Positions 36,892 through 46,635 are shown, counted from the stretch's first letter. The stretch is 61,416 nt of DNA from a virus (IMGVR_UViG_3300047509_000054:1-61416), one strand, 5' to 3'. Notes: generated by a model from the sequence alone, not told the origin. Numbers and translations are program-made.

Positions 36892-37179
36892 TCAGGCCGC
36901 TCGCTCGCCCGCCGAACCCGCCGCAAGCGCAATCAGCGCCGCAAGAGCAGCATCTAGGAACTTCCGCGCCCGCGCGTCGTCCTCGAACTCGATGATCGCC
37001 GAATATTGCTTCGTTCCGTCGCGCCGCGTCCACGACTGCCGAGGCAGGCTCACAAACGCCCCGTTCGTCCCCGCAACCAGCATCGCCCCGCGAATGATCA
37101 TTCCGCTGTCGAGAATGAGATCGGCCCGGCCCCGCGCCTTGCTTCCATTCGAGATCAGCTTCCAGTTATCCGCCCGCAT
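36892..37179 (-). CDS. SpoVG/PC4-like nucleic-acid-binding protein
   Basis: 'G.AD......MII.G..L..G.NG.FVSLP......G...Y..IIEF'. Confidence 0.6.
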   Translation of the reverse strand: MRADNWKLISNGSKARGRADLILDSGMIIRGAMLVAGTNGAFVSLPRQSWTRRDGTKQYSAIIEFEDDARARKFLDAALAALIALAAGSAGERAA

Positions 37180-37568
37180 CACGCGGCCTCCCCCAACTCC
37201 TCGCGCAACCGCTTCGCCGACCCCTTCCACGCCACCTGCGGGTTGATCCGACTGATCCGCCGCAGCCGAGGGTGCTTCTCGATCAGATGGCGATCGCGCA
37301 GGGCCTTCAGCGCCCGATAGACTGACGACAGAGCCATATCCAACTCGTCCGACATCGCCTTCGCGTCCGCTATCACTTTGTTCTCGTGATCCGCCACCGC
37401 CAGCAGATACTCGAACAAACGACGCGCCTCGATCCCAAGCGTCTTGTCCCGAGCCATCTCCAGCAACGCCGCCTGCCTGATTTGCACAAAACCCTCGTCA
37501 TAGGGATGAGGATGACGGCGCGGAATGATCATCAAACCTAGCTCGCGCGGCTCAGAAATATCATCCAT
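37179..37568 (-). CDS. RepL-like winged-helix protein
   Basis: HTH 'MSDELDMALSSVYRALKAL' followed by 'INPQVAWKG'. Confidence 0.65.
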   Translation of the reverse strand: MDDISEPRELGLMIIPRRHPHPYDEGFVQIRQAALLEMARDKTLGIEARRLFEYLLAVADHENKVIADAKAMSDELDMALSSVYRALKALRDRHLIEKHPRLRRISRINPQVAWKGSAKRLREELGEAA

Positions 37569-38153
37569 TTTCCGCTCCGAAAGAACCAATGACTGCGCAA
37601 TACGGTAAAAGATGAATACTAATGCGCGAAAACGAGCCCCGCAAGCGCTTGAATCAAAACGCCAATTCAGACCCCCTCTTATATGTTTGGAGTTCCCTTG
37701 GAACAGTCGACCGCCGTGGGATCGCTGGCGGAGCGACACATTTTGATCAGCCTAGCGATGAAGCGAAGCGAAGGCGCGAACCCAGGCTGACCAACCTTTC
37801 CAGCCGAACCACCGGACCCCACCGTTCAATTCTCCGTGATACGCGGAAGACCATCCGCAGCGATGGGGCAAAACGTCCAAAATTCTGGGGGAAAAACGAC
37901 GAGGTGGCCTCAGAATCAGCAGGCCAGCGTCCCGACGACGAGGCCGCGCCGCACTTGCTCGCCGTCGACGCCGGCCATCGAGCCGTTCGCCGAACCCCAT
38001 CGAGACGCCGCAAACCCCCAAATCGAGCCGAATCACCCACTAAATGCGGTGTTCCCAATAGACCAAGCCCTAGCGAGACAAAATCAACGAGAAATGGCGC
38101 GATCCAGCCATCGCAGATCACACGACGACTAAGACCGATACAGACGACGACTG

Positions 38154-38555
38154 CTATTCGGGCCGATTGCGAGGCTTGTCCGATAGACGATTGAGCGGAC
38201 GCGCAACGTTGGCATGCTCGTTAACTTCAGCCTGAGCGTGCGCGAGCCCATCGGCGAAGTAGGCGAGGGAGTTGCGGCGTCGTTTCTCAGATCGAGCGGC
38301 TTCCCATTCGGGGGTTGGGGCAAACACCGCGCGGAACTGTCCGCGTTCGTTGCGCGGCTTAGGCTGGAATGTTCGTGTACGGTCAATTTCCGGGTCGCTA
38401 ACCGCTGCCATCGTTTTACGGATGAAGTCCGACATACTGAGGCCAGCGTCACGCGCGGCGCGTTTGATTGAGGCTGCCAGCTTCATTGAGACGCGGGCGC
38501 CGATGATTGGATTTGATGATCGGAAAGCGAGGCGCTGGGCCTGGTTCCAAGCCAT
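38154..38555 (-). CDS. Ribbon-helix-helix DNA-binding protein (putative)
   Basis: 'IGARVS......IKRAARDAGLSMSDFIR'. Confidence 0.55.
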   Translation of the reverse strand: MAWNQAQRLAFRSSNPIIGARVSMKLAASIKRAARDAGLSMSDFIRKTMAAVSDPEIDRTRTFQPKPRNERGQFRAVFAPTPEWEAARSEKRRRNSLAYFADGLAHAQAEVNEHANVARPLNRLSDKPRNRPE

Positions 38556-38679
38556 TGAGCGGTGATAGCACGATCCGACCAAGCGGAGAAACGTCTTCGG
38601 ATTCTGCGCTGCTTACGCTGCGCGACGCAACGCACCTCAGACGGCTGCTAAAAAAAGAGGTTTGGGGGAAAGTTAGACG

Positions 38680-38709
38680 TTGACTATATACACGTCGTAT
38701 GGTTTTATA
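38680..38709 (+). promoter_or_regulatory. Putative early promoter
   Basis: TTGACT-N17/18-TTTTAT/TTTATA in an AT-rich gap before a run of small + strand ORFs. Confidence 0.5.
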
Positions 38710-38748
38710 GGGATGTTGATGGTTTCACTCTTACGGGGATTAGCGGCG

Positions 38749-41149
38749 ATGACGATCACTCCGACGGGTTACGAGAAGGGCGAATGGTCGCGGTTTGCGC
38801 AGGCGGCTTATGGTCGCGGCGAGAATTCGATCGGCCATCGGTTTAGCGTTGCGGCCAGCCTGCCGACTGGCGCGGCGATGGATCTGGCCTATTTCGACGG
38901 CTTGCAGCGCGATTACCGGGCGTGGCTTTCGTTCAACGAATATCCGGCGGTCTAGTTCGGCGATTTGGCTTTGCAGCGTTCCGGCGCTGCAAGGTCAAGG
39001 CGCGGAATCATCCCCCTTGAGCGAGGACTGGCGACAATGGCAACTCGGATCAAATACGTTTGCGATGGCTGGCATTGTTTCATTCGCTCGGATCGCGATT
39101 GCTGGACGCGCGATGCGAAGGCGGCGCGGCGGTTTGCGAGCATGGCGGATGCTGCGCAGTACCTTGTGAGCAACGGCTACAATCTTCCGCCGATCCAAGT
39201 CGTATTCGAATCGACGGAGGGATGAAGCCATGATGATAACCAACATTTCGCTGGCAACGTATGGCGAGGCGCAATCGCAACTGCCGCAAGGCGCGAAATG
39301 GTCCTGCTGCTTCGGCAACCCCGGCGAGGGCGGCTATGCCGAATACTGGCGCGATCAGGAGGGCGCGACCTGGATCATCGCCAACGGGCCGTGGCATTTG
39401 CACCCGTCAGAATTCAACTGGCATTGCGCCAAGCGGGAGGGTTGAGCGATGGCCGCTTACACGATCATAGCGCCCTCGCTCGCCGAGACTTCGCTTACCG
39501 GTTTTGTCGGCGCGATGGAGAAGACATGGCGCGGCAAGCTGTACCGTGCGGAGTCGTGGCGTTCGGGATGGCGCTTGCTGAAGGACGGCGAGACGGTGCG
39601 GCGCTGGGATGACCTGCCGCTGCCGGTGATGAAAGCGGTGAAGTCGTACATCGCATTCCTGAAGTCGGCGCGCGAGTTGGCGTAATTCGAGACTGCGGCG
39701 CGGCACTTATGCCGGCCGAGCAAGGGGACTAGGGCGATGACCATTGCATCACACGAGCTAGCACTGTGCGAAATCAACAACGGCAAGCGATACGATCGTC
39801 GTTGCGCTGCGATTCGTCATTCGCCGGCGATCCGGGCGGCTGACTTTCATGAGTTCGCGCAATCGGCGGCGCGCGATTACGTGCGCGAGTTCGGCAATCC
39901 GGGCGACGTGATTTTCACGGCGGAGGACATCCTTTTGTGTGCGGTTGAATTGGAAGCGTATTACCGCGATCACGTGGCGGAGTGTGAGAGGATCGCAGCG
40001 GAAGGCTAAGGCGAACGGCATCAACCAGCGGGCCGGCTTAGTGCTGGCCCGCGCAACGAGGACTAGACCGATGACCGATATCGAATGCACATGGACGCCG
40101 AGCTTCGTGATTGCGCGCATCGTCAGCGAGGATGGGCTGCGATGGATGCACGAATACGTGCAAGGCTGGAACACGGCGCCGCTGCACGAGAACCGCGACA
40201 CGTTCCACGTCGATCATCGGTACATCGCCGATATCGTGCTGGGCGCGCGGGCTGACGGGCTGACCGTCGAGACGACGAATTGATCGCGGCGGACGGCATG
40301 ACCTGCATCTGCGACGGGCTGGCGACGCTGGGGCACTGGCTGCAAATCGCGGCGATCGTCATCGGAGGAATGTGGACGGTCGCCCTTTTTGCCGGGTTCG
40401 GCGTCCTGTGGTTTTTCAAGCGGTTTGAGGCGGACGACGCGCGGAGGGCCAAGCCATGATCCACATCATGGGCGGCATCATCCTAGCGTGGGCGGCGCTC
40501 GGCGTCCTGCGCTGGCTCGCCCAAACCGAGCGCGTGAAGACGTTTATCGCGGTGCTGGCGGGTTTGATCCTGCTGGTGCTGCTCTAGGGGAAAACCGAGA
40601 CATGACGCGAAACAATCTTGCGCGGATTTTGGCACGCTACAGCGGCTCTGGCCGTTCGGAGGTAAAATCCCCCGGTTTTTTAGCTTGGCGTGGCGAGGCG
40701 TGGCGGCGCTGTGCCCGTTTGGCCCTTCTGATCGCGATGGCTGCCCTTCCGCTCGGCGGCTGCGTCGCGGTCGATCTCCTCGAATGGGCGGGCGAGGAGA
40801 TCCACTGCCAGCCGACCGGGTTTTTCGTGTGCCCGCCTGCGAAGACGCCATGAGATCTGCTCACACCCGCGGCCCATGGACCGCAAAGGAAGTCATCGGT
40901 CTACCTGACGAGGATTGGTGGAGTATTGTCGCCCTACACGGAACCGAAGAAGTCGCAATCATCCCGCGTCGGAACGAAACCGATGCACAGAACGCTCGCC
41001 TGATCGCCGCCGCGCCCGAGCTTCTGGCAATTGCCCAGCGCTGGGGTGCGCTCGATGGCGGCGCGTGGCATGTCGAGCGTCACGCCGCCGAGAAAGCCGA
41101 ACTTCTCGCCGACACGCGCGGTGCCATCGCTAAGGCGACCGGGTTATGA
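38749..41149 (+). other. Run of about 10 small early/accessory ORFs (38749-38955, 39037-39225, 39230-39445, 39449-39685, 39737-40009, 40071-40283, a lipoprotein-like ORF ending 40853, 40850-41149)
   Basis: Tightly packed ORFs with RBSs; no family recognised. Confidence 0.6.
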
Positions 41150-41343
41150 ACGGGCTCACCGCCGCAGAACTTCGCGAATGGCGGGCGCGGCTGAAGCTGA
41201 CGCGCATCGAGGCTGAGGCGGCGATCGGGGTCAGTCGCTTTGCGATCCAGCAGTACGAGGACGGCAAGCGCTGGGCGGGCGGGCTGCCCGCGTGGCTGCG
41301 CAAGCTGTGCGCGTACTACGAAAAATTTGGAGGAATCGAATGA
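41146..41343 (+). CDS. XRE-family HTH protein
   Basis: 'LREWRARLKLTRIEAEAAIGVSRFAIQQYEDG'. Confidence 0.8.
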   Translation: MNGLTAAELREWRARLKLTRIEAEAAIGVSRFAIQQYEDGKRWAGGLPAWLRKLCAYYEKFGGIE

Positions 41344-41600
41344 GTATCCCGAAGCGTGACCCTAATTTCACGACGGCCGAACTCAACAGGGTGGCCGACG
41401 ATTTTTTAGCTGCTGGCAAGCGCTATTGGGAGGCGGCGCACCGGGCCGGCATCAATGGCGCGGTGATCTGGATCGAAGACACCGATGGTCGTTTCGTGCT
41501 GTTCACGCGCGGCGAGTACAGAGAGACGATCATGCGGAATGTCCACGAGATCGGGCCGACTCGGCAACTAGGCGCGGTGCAGGATAGCAGCGAAGAGTGA
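41340..41600 (+). CDS. Hypothetical protein
   Basis: GGAGG RBS; ATGA coupling. Confidence 0.6.
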   Translation: MSIPKRDPNFTTAELNRVADDFLAAGKRYWEAAHRAGINGAVIWIEDTDGRFVLFTRGEYRETIMRNVHEIGPTRQLGAVQDSSEE

Positions 41601-41629
41601 TCCTACTACGAGCGCTACGGGGAAATCGA

Positions 41630-41950
41630 ATGACCGACAAATACATCCTCAAGGGGCACGAGGCTGTGCCGTGCGATGATCTCATGGCATGGGCGCGCTG
41701 GTACGAGACGGCCGAGCGACAGGTCGGCCGCACGGAGGTCGGACACTTCACGGTATCGACGGTCTTCCTCGGAATCGATCACGGTTGGAGCGAAGGCGGG
41801 CCGCCGATCCTCTTCGAGACGATGATGTTCACGCGGAACGATCAGCGGCGCGCCGAGTTTGAGGACTATCAAACGCGCTGCTCGACTTGGGACGAGGCGG
41901 TGGCGATGCACGCGGAGGCGGTCAGGGTCGCGCGGGCGGCGATCAACTGA
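41630..41950 (+). CDS. Phage hypothetical protein
   Basis: 'VSTVFLGIDH...P.LFETM.F' motif common in phages. Confidence 0.7.
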   Translation: MTDKYILKGHEAVPCDDLMAWARWYETAERQVGRTEVGHFTVSTVFLGIDHGWSEGGPPILFETMMFTRNDQRRAEFEDYQTRCSTWDEAVAMHAEAVRVARAAIN

Positions 41951-42149
41951 CGAAAGGGCCGGCGCTCGGCAGAGGCCGTCACGCCGGCCAGTTCGGCGGG
42001 CGGGGGAGGGTCCGCGCCGTCATGCGCGACCTGGGGGAGGCGGCGCACGGCTAGACCCTAGCGCGGCGGCGCGGCGCGCGATGTTCCCCATTGAACAGCG
42101 AACGCGATTTTTTGAAGTCGCCAATGTTAAGGGGATTCACATAACAAAC

Positions 42150-42604
42150 TGGGCATAGTTCGTTTTCCGCAAGCCCTGGCATCCCTCGATGCCGTGCGGT
42201 TCTAGGGGCAATGTAGCGCTTTACCGTAGGGTACCCGTACGTGGGTCAGTCGCCCTGGCAGCCGATAGAGAGTCGGCCCGCTCGAATCACTCGCCATTCA
42301 TGCCCTACGCTATCGCGACCCCTCATTGCCGAGGCCGCGCGGTCGGAAGTCCTCGCGCAATCGACATCATGTCCATATCGACCACGCTCGGCAAAGTTCC
42401 CGGCGCTTCGTCCCGCGCTTTTGGGTGGAGCGCGACGAACCATTGCGCGGCGCGACTTAGAGGGGGATCTTGCAGAAGCTGAAGCTTTAGCCTACGTTCT
42501 GCATCGTGTCTGACGCCGCCGCGTTAAGACCGAAAGTCGTCGGGGGGAATCCGTCACTGGGTTTCCCCCGTCGCATGTGAGCGTGACTCTATCGAGGGCG
42601 CTCG
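42150..42604 (-). ncRNA. Candidate large structured RNA or origin-associated structure
   Basis: No credible ORF; GAAA and UUCG-like loops and many nested stems on the minus strand. Confidence 0.4.
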
Positions 42605-42976
42605 TCAAGGCTTGTCGTCGGGGCGCATTCCCCACGAATCCAACCAAATCCCCAATCTCGTAAAGGCTCTCAGGCGCGCCGGATGCTCGGCGGCTGGGGT
42701 GGCGCGCGGCGCTTCGTCCAGCCATCGCTCGCCATTGAGCCATGTTGCGGGATGCGCGATGAAGCGGTCCTCGGTGGCGGCAACCGTCGCGGAATAGCGT
42801 TCAACGCCGCCGATCAGTTCGGCCATTGTCGCTTTCTTGCGGGCGCGGTGGAATGCGATGCGGGCATGGCCCTTTGCGACGCGACGGGGATAGCGCTTCC
42901 ACCAATCCTCGAATTCGCGCTGGTTCGATGGCTCTTGCGCCGACGAAGGGAAGAGTCGGACGACACGGGCGGTCAT
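42605..42976 (-). CDS. Replication initiator C-terminal-like domain, stand-alone
   Basis: 'FEDWWKRYPRRVAK..A', 'FIAHPATWLNGERWLDE'. Confidence 0.7.
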   Translation of the reverse strand: MTARVVRLFPSSAQEPSNQREFEDWWKRYPRRVAKGHARIAFHRARKKATMAELIGGVERYSATVAATEDRFIAHPATWLNGERWLDEAPRATPAAEHPARLRAFTRLGIWLDSWGMRPDDKP

Positions 42977-43182
42977 TTGCGCGGGATGATCGCGAGCGCG
43001 ACATTGAGCGCGGCACACCATGCGACGAAATCGACCAGTCTCGGCGAGCGCCGTGCAGTCTGCCACTTGCGCAGGGCGTGGTGAGAAACGCCGATTCGAC
43101 GGGCGACGACCTTGACCGGAAGATTGAGATCTCGACGACGCTGGCAGAGAAGGCCGACGATGGCGGCAATATCGCCGTCCAC
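42973..43182 (-). CDS. XRE-family HTH protein
   Basis: 'RRRDLNL....VARRIGVS...L.KW....RSP.L'. Confidence 0.7.
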   Translation of the reverse strand: MDGDIAAIVGLLCQRRRDLNLPVKVVARRIGVSHHALRKWQTARRSPRLVDFVAWCAALNVALAIIPRK

Positions 43183-43213
43183 GCTAAGACGCCCCGGCGA
43201 GAGACTCCGGCAC

Positions 43214-43222
43214 TGTGGATAA
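43214..43222. promoter_or_regulatory. Consensus DnaA box
   Basis: TGTGGATAA (reverse complement of TTATCCACA); degenerate GGTGGATAG at 43226-43234. Confidence 0.5.
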
Positions 43223-43380
43223 CTCGGTGGATAGCGGGGAAAAGATGGTCATCGGTGCCTCCCGGATGAGGCGGGCGTGGCGGCTACCGATTCCGGCGGT
43301 AACCGCCTGCTCCGTCAGGTTGTGGCGCGTCGGGGGACGAGCGCGCCGGATGCCGGTGATCAGCCAGCGGTGGAGAGGGA

Positions 43381-43410
43381 AGCCTAGCGCCGACTAGATT
43401 GCGCGGTCAA
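43381..43410 (-). promoter_or_regulatory. sigma70-like promoter for the HTH/initiator pair
   Basis: TTGACC-N18-TAGGCT. Confidence 0.5.
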
Positions 43411-43414
43411 GAGT

Positions 43415-43615
43415 CTACGGATCCGGCGCGTGTCGAGGCAGCGGCGGGCGCCAGCAGAGCGCGTAATGCGCAGTGCAGTATTGCGAGCCTTCGATCTTCG
43501 GCGCGTTGCAGAAAATGCGCTCGCCCTTGCTTCGGAAGTCTCGCGGGTCTCCGGCGATGAAGCGGCAGCCGGCTCCGGGCTTCGGCTGGACCTTCGGCGG
43601 GCGCTCGCGCTTCAT
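43415..43615 (-). CDS. GcrA C-terminal-like domain protein
   Basis: 'CRFIAGDP...FCNAP...SQYCTAH'. Confidence 0.7.
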   Translation of the reverse strand: MKRERPPKVQPKPGAGCRFIAGDPRDFRSKGERIFCNAPKIEGSQYCTAHYALCWRPPLPRHAPDP

Positions 43616-43839
43616 CGCCGTTTGATCTCCGGTGGCAAGCGATCCCACGGAAGCCAGATCACAAGACCGAGTTTTTTCGCCGTTCCATTCATCACTTCGG
43701 TAGCGGTGATCTGTCCGGTGAAAAATGAGATTTTAGTGTCGCCGTTCTTCATCATCTGAATGCTGGCAGTCGAGTCCAGCAGGTTTTGAAGCTGGATATG
43801 CTCGTCACCGACCGCCGCAATTATCTCTGATAGTTTCAT
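43612..43839 (-). CDS. Hypothetical protein
   Basis: Coupled ORF. Confidence 0.6.
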   Translation of the reverse strand: MKLSEIIAAVGDEHIQLQNLLDSTASIQMMKNGDTKISFFTGQITATEVMNGTAKKLGLVIWLPWDRLPPEIKRR

Positions 43840-44033
43840 GTCACGAGTTTGATCGGCGCGTGGTTGACGGCCTCGACGATGCGCTGCGCCACGCGGTTGC
43901 AGACATACGGCGGCGGCACGGTGCCGAGATGCTGCGACGGGTACACCTCGCAGACGCGAGCGCCGTCCGCCGCGACGATCACGATCCGGCCGTCGAAGTC
44001 GCCGACGATCCAAGGCAGCGGGAACTCGAACAT
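43836..44033 (-). CDS. Hypothetical protein
   Basis: Coupled ORF. Confidence 0.55.
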   Translation of the reverse strand: MFEFPLPWIVGDFDGRIVIVAADGARVCEVYPSQHLGTVPPPYVCNRVAQRIVEAVNHAPIKLVT

Positions 44034-44224
44034 CACCATCCCCCTTCCGGCTCGCGCCAATCCGCCATCGTGCGCGCGATTTTGGCCCGCGTCTCCGGCG
44101 AATGCTTCCTGCCGAGCCTTGCCTGCCGCATGCGCTCGCGCGTCTCGTCGGACTTCGGCACGCCGACGCGGGCGTCGCTCATGCGCTGTCGCGAGTCGCC
44201 GGTGTGGTGCTGGCCCTTCCTCAC
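44033..44224 (-). CDS. NUMOD3-repeat DNA-binding protein
   Basis: Three repeats of the 'G.(H/K)S.ETR.(R/K)(M/I)' type. Confidence 0.7.
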   Translation of the reverse strand: MRKGQHHTGDSRQRMSDARVGVPKSDETRERMRQARLGRKHSPETRAKIARTMADWREPEGGW

Positions 44225-44408
44225 CGCTCGTCCCGCATGAGTCGGACGGCGACCTTCCGGGCAATAGCGGCAAGATCCGGGTTGCTCGTGCGGTCGGCGA
44301 ACTCGGAGAGGCGGCGGATTCGCGAGGTCACGCTGCCGTCGTGCTGCGGGTACGGGTAGCGATGCGGCTTGTCGGGGAGGTCGTGGCCTCTCGGGCGAGC
44401 GGGAGGTA

Positions 44409-44897
44409 TCACGCCGCTGCCCGCGTGTCGCCGAAATAGACGTGCCGCCCCCAATAGGCGATCAGCGCCGCCTCGGCTCTCCCATGATGCTTCTTGATCG
44501 GCCAGAAGATCGCGCCCTGCGGCATGAGCCGGGTGGCCTGTCGCCGCGCGTCCTCCTTGTCCTTCGAGACGCCGAGGTCGCGCTTCCACTTCGCTGGCCC
44601 GACGAGGACATGGACGAGTCCGGTCGCCGCGATGATGCCTTTGTAAATCCCATAGCCGGTGCCGTAGTTGAAGCTCGACGAGCCGCCCTGGCCCGGCATG
44701 AACTGAGCGCGTTCGATGACGACGCGGGTGCCCTCTGGAAAGCGCTTGAACAGAGCCGCCAAACCGACCGCATCGACCTCGCGCTTTGTGCCCTTCAGAT
44801 CGAAGATAGGGCAGTCGTGGACGGCGAGGTGTCCGGCGTCATCGAGCACGGCGATGGCGCCGCCCAAACCTACATCGATGCCCACCACCACGTTCAT
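44409..44897 (-). CDS. ruvC: RuvC-like Holliday junction resolvase
   Basis: 'VGIDVGLGGAIA', 'VVIE', 'F.YG..YG', 'P.KWK', 'GRAEAALIA'. Confidence 0.85.
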   Translation of the reverse strand: MNVVVGIDVGLGGAIAVLDDAGHLAVHDCPIFDLKGTKREVDAVGLAALFKRFPEGTRVVIERAQFMPGQGGSSSFNYGTGYGIYKGIIAATGLVHVLVGPAKWKRDLGVSKDKEDARRQATRLMPQGAIFWPIKKHHGRAEAALIAYWGRHVYFGDTRAAA

Positions 44898-45000
44898 CGC
44901 GCCCTGCTGACGCGCCGGTAGGCGACGATGGCGACGGCTGCGATCAGCACACCGACCGAGAACAGAGCCAACCCAAGCAGCAGGAGTTGCAGCATGTCGC

Positions 45001-45741
45001 TCATGCCGCCGCTCCGAAGTCAAAATGATCCTGCACCGGCATGGTTGCGATGCGGTGCGCGAAGCGAACGGCATGGCGCGGATCGTTCGGACTCTCCTTC
45101 CGCCTGCGAGCTGCGGCCGACCACGCCATGCTATCGGCGCTGTAAAGCATGTCGCGGATCATCCCGCACGCAAGCGCCGTCGTCTTGACCCCGAAGGCGT
45201 GCAGGCGAAGGTCCGGTCGTGCTGCCTTGATCGCGCTCAAGACGGCGCGAATTGCGGCGGGATCGCCGTTGCGCTTGCAGATGCTGCCGACGCCGGTCCA
45301 CATGCCCGACTTGAGCCGGTCACCGTACTGCCGGATATGATCGACGTAATCAGCTGGCGCATAGCCTTGCAGAACGGGGAGGATGTAGACGCCGCTAGTA
45401 TTGCAGGCGAGCAGCGCATCGTATCGCTCAATGGTGAGGCGCTGGTGATTGGCGATCGTGAGGCCAGTCTTCTCCAGCATCATCGTCTCGCACATATAGT
45501 CCTGTGCCACGGCGGCGAGGAGATTGCCGCAGCGCCGCCAACGCCTGATCTCGCACGCATAGGCGCCAACCGTCGTCGTGTATCGGCCGTGCGCCGCAAT
45601 CTCGGTGAAGGCGCCACTGTCCATAATCCAGTCACCAACCGGGAAGTTCCGGCGGCGACCTAGTAGCCGCTTCACCGAGACGAACGCCGCGCCAACCTTG
45701 TCAGCGTCAGAAGGATGATGCATGCCAGTGAAGAATTTCAC
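45001..45741 (-). CDS. TGT-fold / DpdA-like guanine-exchange enzyme
   Basis: 'MDSGAF', 'QDYMCE', 'PVLQG', 'GVGSICKR', 'LHAFGVK', 'SADSMAWS'. Confidence 0.75.
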   Translation of the reverse strand: MKFFTGMHHPSDADKVGAAFVSVKRLLGRRRNFPVGDWIMDSGAFTEIAAHGRYTTTVGAYACEIRRWRRCGNLLAAVAQDYMCETMMLEKTGLTIANHQRLTIERYDALLACNTSGVYILPVLQGYAPADYVDHIRQYGDRLKSGMWTGVGSICKRNGDPAAIRAVLSAIKAARPDLRLHAFGVKTTALACGMIRDMLYSADSMAWSAAARRRKESPNDPRHAVRFAHRIATMPVQDHFDFGAAA

Positions 45742-45935
45742 GCCTCGTCCCTCATCGCCAGCGTCTTCAGCCGCATGTTGATCGTCGCCGGCGAGCGCGG
45801 CTTGCCGAACCTCGCCGAGACGACGCGGGCTATCTGCGAGGTGCCAGCGCCGGCTGTCCGCATGCGCTCGATCGTCGCGTCCTCGTCGGGCGAGAATCGG
45901 CGCACCGTCTGCGTGCCACGACGATACTCGCTCAT
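45738..45935 (-). CDS. GcrA N-terminal / Myb-like HTH protein
   Basis: 'FSPDEDATI..M...G...SQIA......RS...I..RL'. Confidence 0.5.
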   Translation of the reverse strand: MSEYRRGTQTVRRFSPDEDATIERMRTAGAGTSQIARVVSARFGKPRSPATINMRLKTLAMRDEA

Positions 45936-46279
45936 TCCGCCGCTTTCTCGACCGCCTCGATGAGGTCGACCGTCCCGCCGACCGGCAGAACCTCGTAAAG
46001 TTCGCGGATCGCCTGCAACGTCAAGTCGTCGCTCGCCTCGACGGCCTCGCGCTCGATCTTGTAGGAGTAGTAGCGCGCTTGGATCATGCGGCTCGTCAGG
46101 TTGAACCGCTCGCGGAGGCTGTCCTTGATCGCGGATTTTGAGGCTCTCAGTTCCTTGATGTCGCGCTCGACGATCGCCGCGATCTCGCCGTCGAGCGCGT
46201 ACATCTCGCGCAAGCCGTCCGCGATTGCCGCCGCGCGCTCGCCGCTGTTGTGGCCGACCGTCGCTTCGTCATCGGACAT
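45932..46279 (-). CDS. GapR (DUF2312)-like protein
   Basis: 'GHNSG' leader; 'IKELRASKSAIK' helical pattern; AAAGGA RBS. Confidence 0.45.
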   Translation of the reverse strand: MSDDEATVGHNSGERAAAIADGLREMYALDGEIAAIVERDIKELRASKSAIKDSLRERFNLTSRMIQARYYSYKIEREAVEASDDLTLQAIRELYEVLPVGGTVDLIEAVEKAAE

Positions 46280-46398
46280 GGCTGGTCCTTTCAGAGGAAA
46301 GCGCCGAGAGCCGCAGCGAGGAGCAACAGCGCCAGCGCAACCGCGATCTCGGCGCGGGAGAATATGGGAGACAACGTGAAGCGGGAGAGCGGGAACAC

Positions 46399-46593
46399 TT
46401 AGGCGGCACCCCCATCCAGGAACTTCTCGGGCAACGGAATGCGCTTCTTTCGAGCGAGTGTTGCTACCGTCGCGCGCCAGCGCCACGGGATGCCACGACG
46501 CTTCCAATTATGCACGACCTGACGAAACGGGATATCGCAATACTCCGCCACCGGCGCGACCCCTCCAAGGGCTTCGATGAAATCTGCGTGCAT
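46399..46593 (-). CDS. Cro-like HTH regulator
   Basis: 'IEALGG...VA.......VHNWKRRGIP'; first gene of the leftward operon. Confidence 0.75.
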   Translation of the reverse strand: MHADFIEALGGVAPVAEYCDIPFRQVVHNWKRRGIPWRWRATVATLARKKRIPLPEKFLDGGAA

Positions 46594-46635
46594 CGGGCGA
46601 GCGTAACATCATGTGAATTATTTTCGCAAGAGGCA

